Source of the DNA: an uncultured Candidatus Saccharibacteria bacterium | GTDB taxonomy: Bacteria; Patescibacteriota; Saccharimonadia; Saccharimonadales; UBA4665 | Assembly (NCBI GenBank): GCA_964647125.1 | Contig: CAZYFP010000001.1 | Location: forward strand, 108,072 to 172,071 | Direction of reading: 5' to 3' | DNA length: 64,000 nucleotides | Part shown: positions 1-8,175 of the stretch, one piece after another | Layout of the letters: the number at the start of each line of letters is the position of its first letter | Position numbering within the stretch: the stretch's first letter is position 1 | Position numbers and translations under genes: made by a program | Notes under the pieces: model-generated | Told to the model about the DNA's origin: nothing | Seen by the model: the letters and a program-made list of their open reading frames with translations, nothing else | Databases searched by the model: none

Positions 1-390
1 AATGCCGCCAAAACTTGGCGCAATTGCTTTCACGGCGGCCACAATTTCGTCGGCAGTGTGTACATCAAGCACGATCGGCACGGCATCAATGTTACCAAAT
101 TGCTTGAACAACAGTGACTTACCCTCCATGACCGGCAGTGCGCCGAGTGGACCAATATTACCGAGGCCAAGCACTGCTGAACCGTCACTTACAACAGCTA
201 CGCTATTACCGAGCCAGGTGTAGTCGCGAGCTTCACTGGGATGCCCGGCTACGTACGAACTAACGGCGCCAACACCAGGTGTGTAGTCAAGTTTTAGTTT
301 GTCGAATGTAAACTCAGGATCTTTTAGTGTGACCGATATCTTGCCCTTAAGTTGCTTGTGTCGTGCGAGTGCCTCATCTTGTATATTCAT
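1..390 (-). CDS. NAD(P)-dependent malic enzyme, N-terminal part (gene runs off the window start)
   Basis: Reverse-complement translation from ATG (complement of 388-390) gives MNIQDEALARHKQLKGKISV...YTPGVGAVS...VAVVSDGSAVLGLGNIGPLGALPVMEGKSLLFKQFGNIDAVPIVL, the conserved malic-enzyme N-terminal signature. It is absent from the ORF track because the window edge truncates it. Confidence 0.8.
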   Translation of the reverse strand, partial: MNIQDEALARHKQLKGKISVTLKDPEFTFDKLKLDYTPGVGAVSSYVAGHPSEARDYTWLGNSVAVVSDGSAVLGLGNIGPLGALPVMEGKSLLFKQFGNIDAVPIVLDVHTADEIVAAVKAIAPSFGGI

Positions 391-458
391 ATAGGTACAG
401 TATAGGGTTTGCAGGCTGACAATAAAAGGAGTAATATCATCGCTACAGGAGAAATACT

Positions 459-719
459 ATGTCACTATTCCGAAGAAATCGCGAACGAGTCCCAAGTGAG
501 CAGGCATGTCTAGAGAACACCGCGGTACTGGCGCGCGTGCTAGCCAGTACGCCGAGTGCTTTTCGCAACACCGGCAGAGTCATTGGGGCCGAAGTTGACC
601 GCGCTTCACAGGCCATGGGTTGCGGCGCTGTGTACAGTCAAGCCGGTCGAGTAGCTTGCTTTGCGGCGGAGTGTCCCTTACAGGAGCCTGTTGACTCACC
701 AGTTGCCGATCTAAGCTAA
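459..719 (+). CDS. hypothetical protein (86 aa), weak call
   Basis: ATG is preceded by AGGAGA at 6 nt and by a TTGCAG-N17-TAATAT promoter-like pair. However, the composition is Ala/Arg/Ser/Val-rich like a translated GC-rich region, and no motif is recognisable. Confidence 0.35.
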   Translation: MSLFRRNRERVPSEQACLENTAVLARVLASTPSAFRNTGRVIGAEVDRASQAMGCGAVYSQAGRVACFAAECPLQEPVDSPVADLS

Positions 720-737
720 AAAGTACAAGGTGGGACT

Positions 738-765
738 TTGATTGTTTTAACAGATGTGCTATACT
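738..765 (+). promoter_or_regulatory. sigma70-like promoter for rplS
   Basis: TTGATT (738-743), 16 nt spacer, TGcTATACT extended -10 (hexamer 760-765), about 40 nt upstream of the rplS ATG. Confidence 0.55.
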
Positions 766-805
766 GGCTTGAAGCGAAATATTAGTGTAAGGAAATCGTA
801 ATTCT

Positions 806-1333
806 ATGGATTCTATTGTCAAAAAAATTAGTGATAGTTACAAGAAAGCAATTGTTGTCGATGTACGCAGTGGTGACACCGTTAAAGTGCACCAAAAAAT
901 CCGCGAAGGCAGTAAAGAGCGCGTGCAGATCTTTCAGGGTCTCGTTATCCGAACCGACCACAAGGGTAGCCAGACAAGTCGTATTACCGTTCGTCGTATC
1001 GCCAGCGGTGTGGGTGTAGAAAAAAGCTTTTTGATGCACAGTCCACTTGTGCTAAAGGTAGAAATCACCAAGCGAAGCAAGGTTCGCCGTAACTACCTGA
1101 CCTACATGCGAAACCGTACCGGTAAGTCTGCGCGTTTGACTGGTCTAGACTTTGACCGTCAAGCAGTAAATGATGTGCGTGATATCGAGGCCGAGAAAGC
1201 CGAAGCTGCTGCCAAGGCTGCTGCCGCTGCCGAAGCCGAAGCAAAAGCTGCCGAGAAGGCCAAAGAAGAAGCTGAACTTGCTAAGAAGCAAGCTGAAGTT
1301 GAAGCTGCTCACGAAGCTGCCAAAGCAGAATAA
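806..1333 (+). CDS. rplS: 50S ribosomal protein L19 with about 60 aa Ala/Glu/Lys-rich C-terminal tail
   Basis: Core sequence VRSGDTVKVHQKIREGSKERVQIFQGLVI...RRIASGVGVEKSFLMHSPL...VRRNYLTYMRNRTGKSARL is typical L19. The tail is AEKAEAAAKAAAAAEAEAKAAEKAKEE... Confidence 0.95.
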   Translation: MDSIVKKISDSYKKAIVVDVRSGDTVKVHQKIREGSKERVQIFQGLVIRTDHKGSQTSRITVRRIASGVGVEKSFLMHSPLVLKVEITKRSKVRRNYLTYMRNRTGKSARLTGLDFDRQAVNDVRDIEAEKAEAAAKAAAAAEAEAKAAEKAKEEAELAKKQAEVEAAHEAAKAE

Positions 1334-1355
1334 TTTACATTGTTTCTCTCAAGCA

Positions 1356-1382
1356 AAACACCCTGATTTTCAGGGTGTTTTT
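1356..1382 (+). terminator. rho-independent terminator after rplS
   Basis: AAACACCCTG-ATTTT-CAGGGTGTTT forms a 10 bp stem that runs into a T-tract. Confidence 0.8.
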
Positions 1383-1531
1383 GGTGTGCGTGGGTTAATT
1401 TTACAGAGAGGTCGGCGGCGGCAGCGAGGAGGAAGTTGTCGTGTCAACGACAGCTTTGACTGTGGGCATCGCCCGGTATTGTCAGATGCGGTTGCATCCT
1501 CTCCTCGCTGCCGTACTGCCCGAGCCTGAGT

Positions 1532-1789
1532 CTACTTGTTCAGGCTCTCCTGGGGTGCGAACCGTTGGTTCAGTTCACCGATCGTGCCAAAGGTGCTGGC
1601 GTAGAAGAAGAACAGTGCGAAGCTGATCGGACCGAGCGCAAGCGCGGCAGTGAACAGCAGGGCTCCCCGCAGGGGGTTGTCCAGCATGTGCTGACGGTTG
1701 TTGCTGGCCATGTAGGCCGAGAAACCGATGAAGCACAGCAGTCCCATGACTACCCAGATGGTACCGAGTTCGACATCGAGCATGTACAT
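1532..1789 (-). CDS. small hypothetical membrane protein (85 aa; start may be the second ATG at 1783)
   Basis: Two to three hydrophobic segments (WVVMGLLCFIGFSAYM, GALLFTAALALGPISFALFFFYA). GGGAG lies just upstream of the start. It is the lone minus-strand ORF in a locally GC-rich patch. Confidence 0.45.
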   Translation of the reverse strand: MYMLDVELGTIWVVMGLLCFIGFSAYMASNNRQHMLDNPLRGALLFTAALALGPISFALFFFYASTFGTIGELNQRFAPQESLNK

Positions 1790-2022
1790 CTCCCTTGTGT
1801 GTTGTAGTGTTCAGTCGAGCAATTAGTTCGCTAGATTGCCTCTAGTAAACACGTTGCCAAACTGAACGCGCGCAGCACAAATACCGCCTCTCTGTAAAAG
1901 AGCTGGCTCTCGACCAATGGCTATGCTTACTGTTTGTTTGTAAGAACCTCTCACTGGGAAAGTCAACGTTGCATATAGTACGCCCGCTAGTGTGCGCTGT
2001 CAAGCACTGGTAGACTAAAGGT

Positions 2023-2619
2023 ATGCAAACCGTAGGAATTGATGAAGTTGGTAGGGGATGTTGGGCTGGCCCGCTCGTCGCCGGGGCGGTACTACTACCA
2101 TCAAATTTCACTCTAGAGGACGGACCTCTAGGTGGGGTATTGCGGCTGCGGGATAGTAAAAAATTGAGCAAAAAGCAGCGTGAACAATTAGCAATGATTA
2201 TTAATGAACACGCTGTTGCTATTGGCTTGGGGTGGGTATGGCCAGAGGCTATTGACAGTGGTGGTATTACTGCGGCTGTCAAGAGTGCCATGCAGCAAGC
2301 GTTGGCGGCAATCACAACTGAGTACGATGAAATTATTGTTGATGGCAATATAAATTATTTTGCGAACAATCCAAAAGCACGCGCAGTGATTAAGGCGGAC
2401 GATCTATACCCATCCGTCAGCGCCGCCAGTATTGTGGCCAAGGTCGCCCGTGACGCCTACATGGAACAAATCGCGCAGGAGTATCCAGAGTATGCTTTTC
2501 AGTCACATGTTGGTTACGGTACTGCAGCGCACATTGCAGCATTAAATACACTCGGTGTCACTGTCATCCACCGCAAAAGTTACAAGCCGATTCAAAAGCT
2601 AATGGAGGCAAGCACGTGA
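2023..2619 (+). CDS. rnhB: ribonuclease HII
   Basis: GIDEVGRGCWAGPLVAGAVLL N-terminal catalytic motif, DSKKLS, VDG...ADD..YPSVSAASIVAKV. The rplS-rnhB-yraN neighbourhood is typical. Confidence 0.9.
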   Translation: MQTVGIDEVGRGCWAGPLVAGAVLLPSNFTLEDGPLGGVLRLRDSKKLSKKQREQLAMIINEHAVAIGLGWVWPEAIDSGGITAAVKSAMQQALAAITTEYDEIIVDGNINYFANNPKARAVIKADDLYPSVSAASIVAKVARDAYMEQIAQEYPEYAFQSHVGYGTAAHIAALNTLGVTVIHRKSYKPIQKLMEAST

Positions 2620-2960
2620 CCACCACAAATACGGGCAAGAAGGCCGAACGGGCTGCCGGAAGTTATCTTGAGATGCGAGGGTTTACAATCTTGGAAATGA
2701 ACTGGCGTCGGCCACGTTGCGAGATAGACATTATTGCGCGTAAAGACAAGGTGATATACCTAGTTGAGGTGAAGTATCGTAAGAGCAACGATTACGGCAG
2801 TGGGCTAGAATATGTGACAGCTACCAAGCTTAGGCAAATGCGTTACGCGGCAGAAAGCTGGGTTGATGAGTCCAAATACGACGGCCAATACCAGCTTGCC
2901 GCAGTAGAAGTGGCAGGACCAGAATTTGCCATAGAGCATTTCATTGAAGATATTGTATAA
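2616..2960 (+). CDS. yraN: YraN-family (UPF0102) endonuclease-like protein
   Basis: GKKAERAAGSYLEMRGFTILEMNWRRPRCEIDIIARKDKVIYLVEVKYR matches the YraN pattern. It overlaps rnhB by 4 nt (GTGA). Confidence 0.8.
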   Translation: MTTTNTGKKAERAAGSYLEMRGFTILEMNWRRPRCEIDIIARKDKVIYLVEVKYRKSNDYGSGLEYVTATKLRQMRYAAESWVDESKYDGQYQLAAVEVAGPEFAIEHFIEDIV

Positions 2961-2988
2961 AATATATTAAAGTGGTATAATATATTTA

Positions 2989-3786
2989 ATGACAGAAAGC
3001 CATCGTATTGCAGAAGCGGCCATGGACTCGTTTTGGGAGTTCAAAGAACTCGGAGAGTTTGACCGTGGTTTTGAAATGCTGCGCAGCTTCGGACTTCGTC
3101 CTAATGTTGTTGAGTTTGTGACCTCGCCTGATTCGTACTATTTTCCTAATCAGCGCGGTAATCAACTGATTCGTCCAAAGTCAGTTAGCGACGAAAAAAT
3201 CCCGGTAGTTGCACTTGAAGTGGGCGAAAAATATTGGTTTGAGGCACCCGCACTACACAGTCTACAAAGAAATGCTCTGCTGTTGGCTGGTTGCACGCTC
3301 AATGATGTCGAACTGCTTGATCGAGAGTTTGCGGCGCACGGTACCAGTATTGAAGGTTCTGGTGGCGTCGCTGGCACTGGAAGTGTGGCTAGGAGTCTTG
3401 AGACATCACCAAAGCTACCAGAGAAACGTATTGAATCAGGACCACGGCTTATTTTGAACATTGACCGTACTGCTACGCCTGGACAGATAGATTTTAGTCC
3501 AATTGCGCTACACGAAATAACGCATGTTGCTCAAACATTGTCTGAGCCATTTTGGAAAGACGACTACTTACGTGCTGAGCTGGAAGCGTATGCGGTGCAG
3601 GCAACCTTGATGTTCTCGGACCGTGTGCCATACGATACGAGTATAGCCATGGCAGGCACAGTTGATAACTTTAGACGAAAGTGGCTAGGCAAGGATGAAT
3701 TTGAAACGACGCCAGACTTTGAACGCGCCTTTGCCCAGGATATGATCCTGTCAAAAGTCTACGGCCGACTCGGTCGCGCTAGTTAA
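2989..3786 (+). CDS. hypothetical protein with HExxH motif (possible zinc metallopeptidase-like)
   Basis: 265 aa containing ALHEITHVAQ, with a downstream ELEAYA that could supply the third ligand. TGgTATAAT lies 7 nt upstream of the ATG. Confidence 0.6.
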   Translation: MTESHRIAEAAMDSFWEFKELGEFDRGFEMLRSFGLRPNVVEFVTSPDSYYFPNQRGNQLIRPKSVSDEKIPVVALEVGEKYWFEAPALHSLQRNALLLAGCTLNDVELLDREFAAHGTSIEGSGGVAGTGSVARSLETSPKLPEKRIESGPRLILNIDRTATPGQIDFSPIALHEITHVAQTLSEPFWKDDYLRAELEAYAVQATLMFSDRVPYDTSIAMAGTVDNFRRKWLGKDEFETTPDFERAFAQDMILSKVYGRLGRAS

Positions 3787-6355
3787 TTTTGGCGTAGAAG
3801 GCTTTGAGGTTGGCTTCTTCGCGCTGTCGCCAGTCGGCCCGTGCGGCAATTTCGTTGATAGAAATCTTGATATTGCGAGCCATGGCCACATCACTCAGTT
3901 TTGGCTCAAAGAATTCAGTAAATTTCTGCTGCCAGTCAGGCGTGGACAGCGCACCGGCTGCATACCAGATGAAGTATTCCATGTGCTTGCCGCCGCCAAA
4001 CAGCTCCATCAAGTGATCCCATGAACTAACCATCCAGTCCCAGGCTAGCTGGCGGGTGTAGTAGTTGCGCATAAGATAGACAAACCAATGTGCTAGATCT
4101 TGCTGACGCACGACGCCAGTCTTAGGTGCCAGCCCCCATTCGATGAGTCGTTTTGCAACTGCCTCGTCACGAGTTGAACACAGTGCTGCTGCGATTGATT
4201 CCTGTATTTCAGAATTCTGAGTTGTGGCATATTCGTCCATGAGTTGATCAATTGCAGAGCTGTCACCGAAACGCACGGCTACGCCAGCAATGAGACTGCG
4301 AAGTTCTGCGGGTAGATCGGCAGCGTTGCCGGCCTTTTTATACAGGTCAAGCGCAGTTTGGATAGCCTCAGGATTCTCTCCGGCGATGCTGAGCGCCAAA
4401 GCGGTGGTGCGGAGGTGCTTGGTATTTGGATCATCATTGGGCTGATCTTCCCAGCCTAGTTTGCTGTACCAGTGGCTTGATAGCTTTGCCTTGAGCTGCT
4501 TGATCTGTGCTTCGACGGTTGTATCACCGTCTGTCAGTGTCTGGCTTTGACTGATTGCTCGCACCAGCATAGTCCAAACGGCATCTCGCGGTTCCTCGCC
4601 ACACAGCTCGACTAATTCAAGCGCCTCAACCAGTGATAGTTCACCATGGCGACACAATAACAACATGTCGTTTAGTAGGTTGATTCGTTCCATCGAGTCG
4701 ACTGAGCGGTCTGCGACTTTGGCATACAGTCGCTTGCGTGGCTGCTCGTCCTGGTAGTAAGTGACGTAGTGCCCAGTGCCATGTGCGTTAAACATCGGCA
4801 GGTCTGTTCCGGCGTAGGCAATAGTCGCCTCACGGGTGTCGAGAATTTCAAGTGGCAAGCCTACATCTGCCAGAAGTGGTACCGGCCACAGCGATTCTTT
4901 GTCTTCGCTATCAAGCAAAAAGCGCTCTTGCGACAGGTGTAGTGTGTTGTCGTCTATGCGCTTGACGCTCAACATTGGCATGCCAGATTTGAGAATCCAG
5001 GGTGTCATTAACTGCTCTATGTCTTGCTTGCCGACAGCGCCAAACGCCTGCCACAGGTCATTTCGAGTAGCGTTCTTGTAGGGGAATTGCTCAAAGTAGT
5101 GCTTCAAGCCAGCCCGGAAGGTGTCTTCGCCAATGTAGTCGTAGAGCATGTTGAGCACTCGGGCGCCCTTGCCGTACACGATGGATGGGTCAAACAGGCT
5201 CGAGATTTCATCTGGGTGATTCACCTCAACACTTACGGATTGGACGTCCTTGTAAATATCACGGTTTGATGCGCCAAGTGCACGACTGGTAGCAAATTCT
5301 TCCCACTGTTGCCAGTCTGGGTGCAAGCGATCTGGTGCGAGATTTTCCATGATTGATGCAAAACTTTCGTTGAGCCACAGATCATCCCACCACTTCATAG
5401 TGACCAAATTACCGAACCACTGGTGCGATAGTTCGTGTGCAACAACCAGGGATATTAACTGTTCTCCAGAGATAGAACGGTTGGTTGGGTCGGACAGCAT
5501 GCCAACTTCTCGGAATGTAACCAGTCCCCAGTTTTCCATGGCAAGACTGTCAAAATCGGGCAGGGCAACTTGGTCAAACTTGCTAAGCGGGAATGGCACA
5601 CCAAAATAATCATTAAAAAAGTCGAGGTAGGCAACAGCCTCATCATTCGCAAATTGTAAGTGCGAGGTCTGCTGGGCGACCGTGGCATAGCTTGATACTG
5701 TTACGCCATCTTTCGTCTTTGCTGATATGCCGTGCATTTCACCGTACACAAACGCTAGTAAGTAGGTGCTCATACGGGGTGATACGTCGAATGACGTAAT
5801 GCGTCTGCCGTCTTGTTCGTGGCTGCTAATTTCTGGCGTATTGCTGAGCGAAATGCCGTCAGCTGGCGTATTAAGTGTTAGGGCAAACGTTGCTTTGGCT
5901 TCGGGCTCATCAATGCAGGGAAACGCTTCGCGAGCGTGGTGGCTTTCGAACTGCGTGGCAATTAACTTCTTGTCTTCGCCATTGTGTTTGAAGTAGCACG
6001 GATATACGCCGTGCATTGGGTCGGTAATATTGCCACGAAACTCGAGCCGTATCTCGTATTCGCCTGGATATAGCATTTCGTCACAGTGCAACCGAACCTC
6101 GTCGTATGATTTCTGAGGGTTTATACGCGAAACTACAAAATCTTTGGCGCCCTTTTTGTCGGTGCGCCGAAGGCGGGCTGCGTAAACGTCAAGTCCTTTT
6201 TGGTGAAAGGTAATACGCTGGCTGGGGCGGCCAACTTTTTTACCGGTAATAACTACGCTGCCACGAAATGTCATTTCGTCCGGATACAGCTCGTAAGCCA
6301 TCGTGTAGTTAGTAGGTTGGAATTGCTCGAATAGTCGTGTAACGGATTTGCTCAT
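3779..6355 (-). CDS. pepN: aminopeptidase N (M1 family)
   Basis: 858 aa with the exopeptidase motif LAMENWG and the zincin motif VVAHELSHQWFGNLVTMKWWDDLWLNESFA (HExxH-X18-E). Confidence 0.92.
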   Translation of the reverse strand: MSKSVTRLFEQFQPTNYTMAYELYPDEMTFRGSVVITGKKVGRPSQRITFHQKGLDVYAARLRRTDKKGAKDFVVSRINPQKSYDEVRLHCDEMLYPGEYEIRLEFRGNITDPMHGVYPCYFKHNGEDKKLIATQFESHHAREAFPCIDEPEAKATFALTLNTPADGISLSNTPEISSHEQDGRRITSFDVSPRMSTYLLAFVYGEMHGISAKTKDGVTVSSYATVAQQTSHLQFANDEAVAYLDFFNDYFGVPFPLSKFDQVALPDFDSLAMENWGLVTFREVGMLSDPTNRSISGEQLISLVVAHELSHQWFGNLVTMKWWDDLWLNESFASIMENLAPDRLHPDWQQWEEFATSRALGASNRDIYKDVQSVSVEVNHPDEISSLFDPSIVYGKGARVLNMLYDYIGEDTFRAGLKHYFEQFPYKNATRNDLWQAFGAVGKQDIEQLMTPWILKSGMPMLSVKRIDDNTLHLSQERFLLDSEDKESLWPVPLLADVGLPLEILDTREATIAYAGTDLPMFNAHGTGHYVTYYQDEQPRKRLYAKVADRSVDSMERINLLNDMLLLCRHGELSLVEALELVELCGEEPRDAVWTMLVRAISQSQTLTDGDTTVEAQIKQLKAKLSSHWYSKLGWEDQPNDDPNTKHLRTTALALSIAGENPEAIQTALDLYKKAGNAADLPAELRSLIAGVAVRFGDSSAIDQLMDEYATTQNSEIQESIAAALCSTRDEAVAKRLIEWGLAPKTGVVRQQDLAHWFVYLMRNYYTRQLAWDWMVSSWDHLMELFGGGKHMEYFIWYAAGALSTPDWQQKFTEFFEPKLSDVAMARNIKISINEIAARADWRQREEANLKAFYAKIN

Positions 6356-6405
6356 CCTCTAAGTCTAGCATGAGAGTAGACGGTATTTTAGCCGTCTTCG
6401 CGGGT

Positions 6406-6627
6406 CTATTTGGATTTTTTAGCTGACTTATTTCGCAGCGGAGAAAGTAACATGCTTGCGGCTGCCCCAAGTATCATGCCACCAAAAGTTATCATCCCAA
6501 TTCCGTATAGCCATCCTCCATGATCAGGATTATTAAGAGGGTTTACAGTGTCAGCACCGGACACAACTAGCAATACTGCAAGTGCAATCATGACTGCATG
6601 GGTAGTGATTTGAGAGATGTTTTTCAT
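6406..6627 (-). CDS. small hypothetical membrane protein (73 aa)
   Basis: Two hydrophobic helices (HAVMIALAVLLVVSG; GIGMITFGGMILGAAASMLL) and a Lys-rich C-terminus. AGGAAT lies 5 nt upstream of the ATG. Confidence 0.5.
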   Translation of the reverse strand: MKNISQITTHAVMIALAVLLVVSGADTVNPLNNPDHGGWLYGIGMITFGGMILGAAASMLLSPLRNKSAKKSK

Positions 6628-6718
6628 GGCTATTCCTATATTGGTGGTACCTCATTAATTATATCAAAAGTACACTGTGTCCCAAAAGAGACTGAGTAGG
6701 TAACGAGACACCAGCTGA

Positions 6719-6747
6719 TTGACATTAACCCGCTACTCGCCTATACT
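6719..6747 (+). promoter_or_regulatory. sigma70-like promoter upstream of nusA
   Basis: TTGACA (6719-6724), 17 nt spacer, TATACT (6742-6747). Confidence 0.65.
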
Positions 6748-6760
6748 ACTAGTTGTTCCG

Positions 6761-6785
6761 TCCGGCCACAGTGGTCGGATTTTTT
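6761..6785 (+). terminator. intrinsic-terminator-like hairpin in the nusA leader (candidate attenuator)
   Basis: TCCGGCCA-CAG-TGGTCGGA forms an 8 bp stem with one G-U pair, followed by TTTTTT. It lies between the promoter and the nusA start. Confidence 0.6.
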
Positions 6786-6824
6786 CATACAGAGACATCT
6801 ACAATTTAGAAAAGGAGAAAACAG

Positions 6825-8045
6825 ATGGATATGGATTTTAAACAACTTGCGGTAGCGATTAAGGCTATTGCAGAAGAGAAGAACTTGCCTGAAGCAACTG
6901 TGCAAGAAGTAGTAGAGCAGGCTTTGGCCGCTGCCTACCGCCGCGACTACGGCGATCGTGAGCAAGAAATACGCGTGACTATGAACTTGAACACCGGCGA
7001 AGTCGATGCATACATCGAAAAAGAAGTCGTTGAGCGAGTCGGTAACGACGCCTTTGAGATTAGCCTAGCTGACGCCCAAGTCCGCAAAAAGAGTGCCAAA
7101 ATTGGTGACATGATCGAGCAGCACGAAAAGGTTGAGACGTTTGGTCGTGTAGCTGCCCAGACTGCCAAGCAAGTTATTTTGCAGCGTCTGCGAGAAGCTG
7201 AGCGCGAAATCGTGATGGCTGAGTTTGAAGACAAAATCGGCACCGTTATTAACGCCGTTGTTAGTCGCGTAGAAGGTAACATCGTGCGTATTGACCTTGG
7301 TCACGCGCAGGGCATCATGCCTCGTAGCGAGCAGATTCAGGGTGAGCGTTACTACCCAGGCCAGCGCCTAAAGGTATTTTTGAAGGATGTTGAGCGCGGC
7401 TTCCGTGGGCCACAGCTAATTGTGAGTCGTGGTAATACTGCATTTGTGGAGTGGTTGTTCCGCGGCGAAGTTCCAGAGATGGATGGTGGCGCTGTTGAGA
7501 TTAAGGCAATCGCCCGCGAAGCTGGAGTACGCAGTAAGATCGCTGTTGCCAGTAACGTTCAGGGTGTAGACCCAGTCGGTACTTTTGTCGGCGGTCACGG
7601 TACTCGTGTGAACGCCGTTATGAGTGAAATTGGCGAACAGGAAAAGATCGACATTATTGTCTTTAGCGACAATACCATCGAGTACATCACTAATGCACTC
7701 AGCCCAACCAAGGTAAGTCGTGTAGAGCTTGACGAGGCAAATAAAAAAGCCCGAATTGTAGTGCCAGAAGACCAGCTCAGTATTGCTATCGGTAAGAGTG
7801 GTCAGAACGTACGTCTTGCTAGTAAGCTAACCGGGTACGAGCTCGATATTGCAGCCGATGCTGCACCTGCTACGCCGGCTGATGCTGAGCCTGCTAGCGA
7901 AGTTGTTGCAACACCTAGCGCTAGCTCGGATGTAGTAGCCGAAGGCAAGATCGAAACAACTGAGCTGCCAAAGCAGCCAAAGCTGAAGCGCAAGAGTGAT
8001 CTTGAAAAAGGTCTACTAGAGGCTATCGAAGAGCACGGCGAATAA
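6825..8045 (+). CDS. nusA: transcription termination/antitermination factor NusA
   Basis: N-terminal AIKAIAEEKNLPEATVQEVVEQALAAAYRR, an S1 region (GTVINAVVSRVEGNIVRIDLG), and KH repeats (DPVGTFVGGHGTRVNAV; LSIAIGKSGQNVRLASKLTG). AAGGAGAA RBS is present; the start could be 6831. Confidence 0.93.
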   Translation: MDMDFKQLAVAIKAIAEEKNLPEATVQEVVEQALAAAYRRDYGDREQEIRVTMNLNTGEVDAYIEKEVVERVGNDAFEISLADAQVRKKSAKIGDMIEQHEKVETFGRVAAQTAKQVILQRLREAEREIVMAEFEDKIGTVINAVVSRVEGNIVRIDLGHAQGIMPRSEQIQGERYYPGQRLKVFLKDVERGFRGPQLIVSRGNTAFVEWLFRGEVPEMDGGAVEIKAIAREAGVRSKIAVASNVQGVDPVGTFVGGHGTRVNAVMSEIGEQEKIDIIVFSDNTIEYITNALSPTKVSRVELDEANKKARIVVPEDQLSIAIGKSGQNVRLASKLTGYELDIAADAAPATPADAEPASEVVATPSASSDVVAEGKIETTELPKQPKLKRKSDLEKGLLEAIEEHGE

Positions 8046-8175
8046 TAAGAGAACTGAGTAGGTTCTCTCATCGCGTGGGTAAAATTGGATTTTGTCCGGC
8101 AGCTGTTTCTTGAAAGTATAATCAATAAAACCTGGAGTAAATCCGGGTTTTATTGATGAGTGCTATAATCGCGCT

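Noticed and set aside
440-720. Tested whether the GC-rich stretch is RNase P RNA, tmRNA or SRP RNA.
   Set aside because: None of the invariant strings I know are present. These are GAGGAAAGTCC / ACAGAA...GGCTTA for RNase P; a tRNA-like 3' end ...GGTTCGA..CC.CCACCA and a tag ORF for tmRNA; and the GGAA/AGCA domain IV motifs for SRP.
1190-1330. Repetitive GCTGCC/GAAGCT/GCCAAG nucleotide pattern (also ACAACT/ACAGCT runs at 58382-58440) that could suggest a tandem repeat or a CRISPR-like array.
   Set aside because: The pattern is in frame within rplS and rpsK and simply encodes Ala/Glu/Lys or Thr/Ala low-complexity tails. There is no repeat-spacer periodicity.
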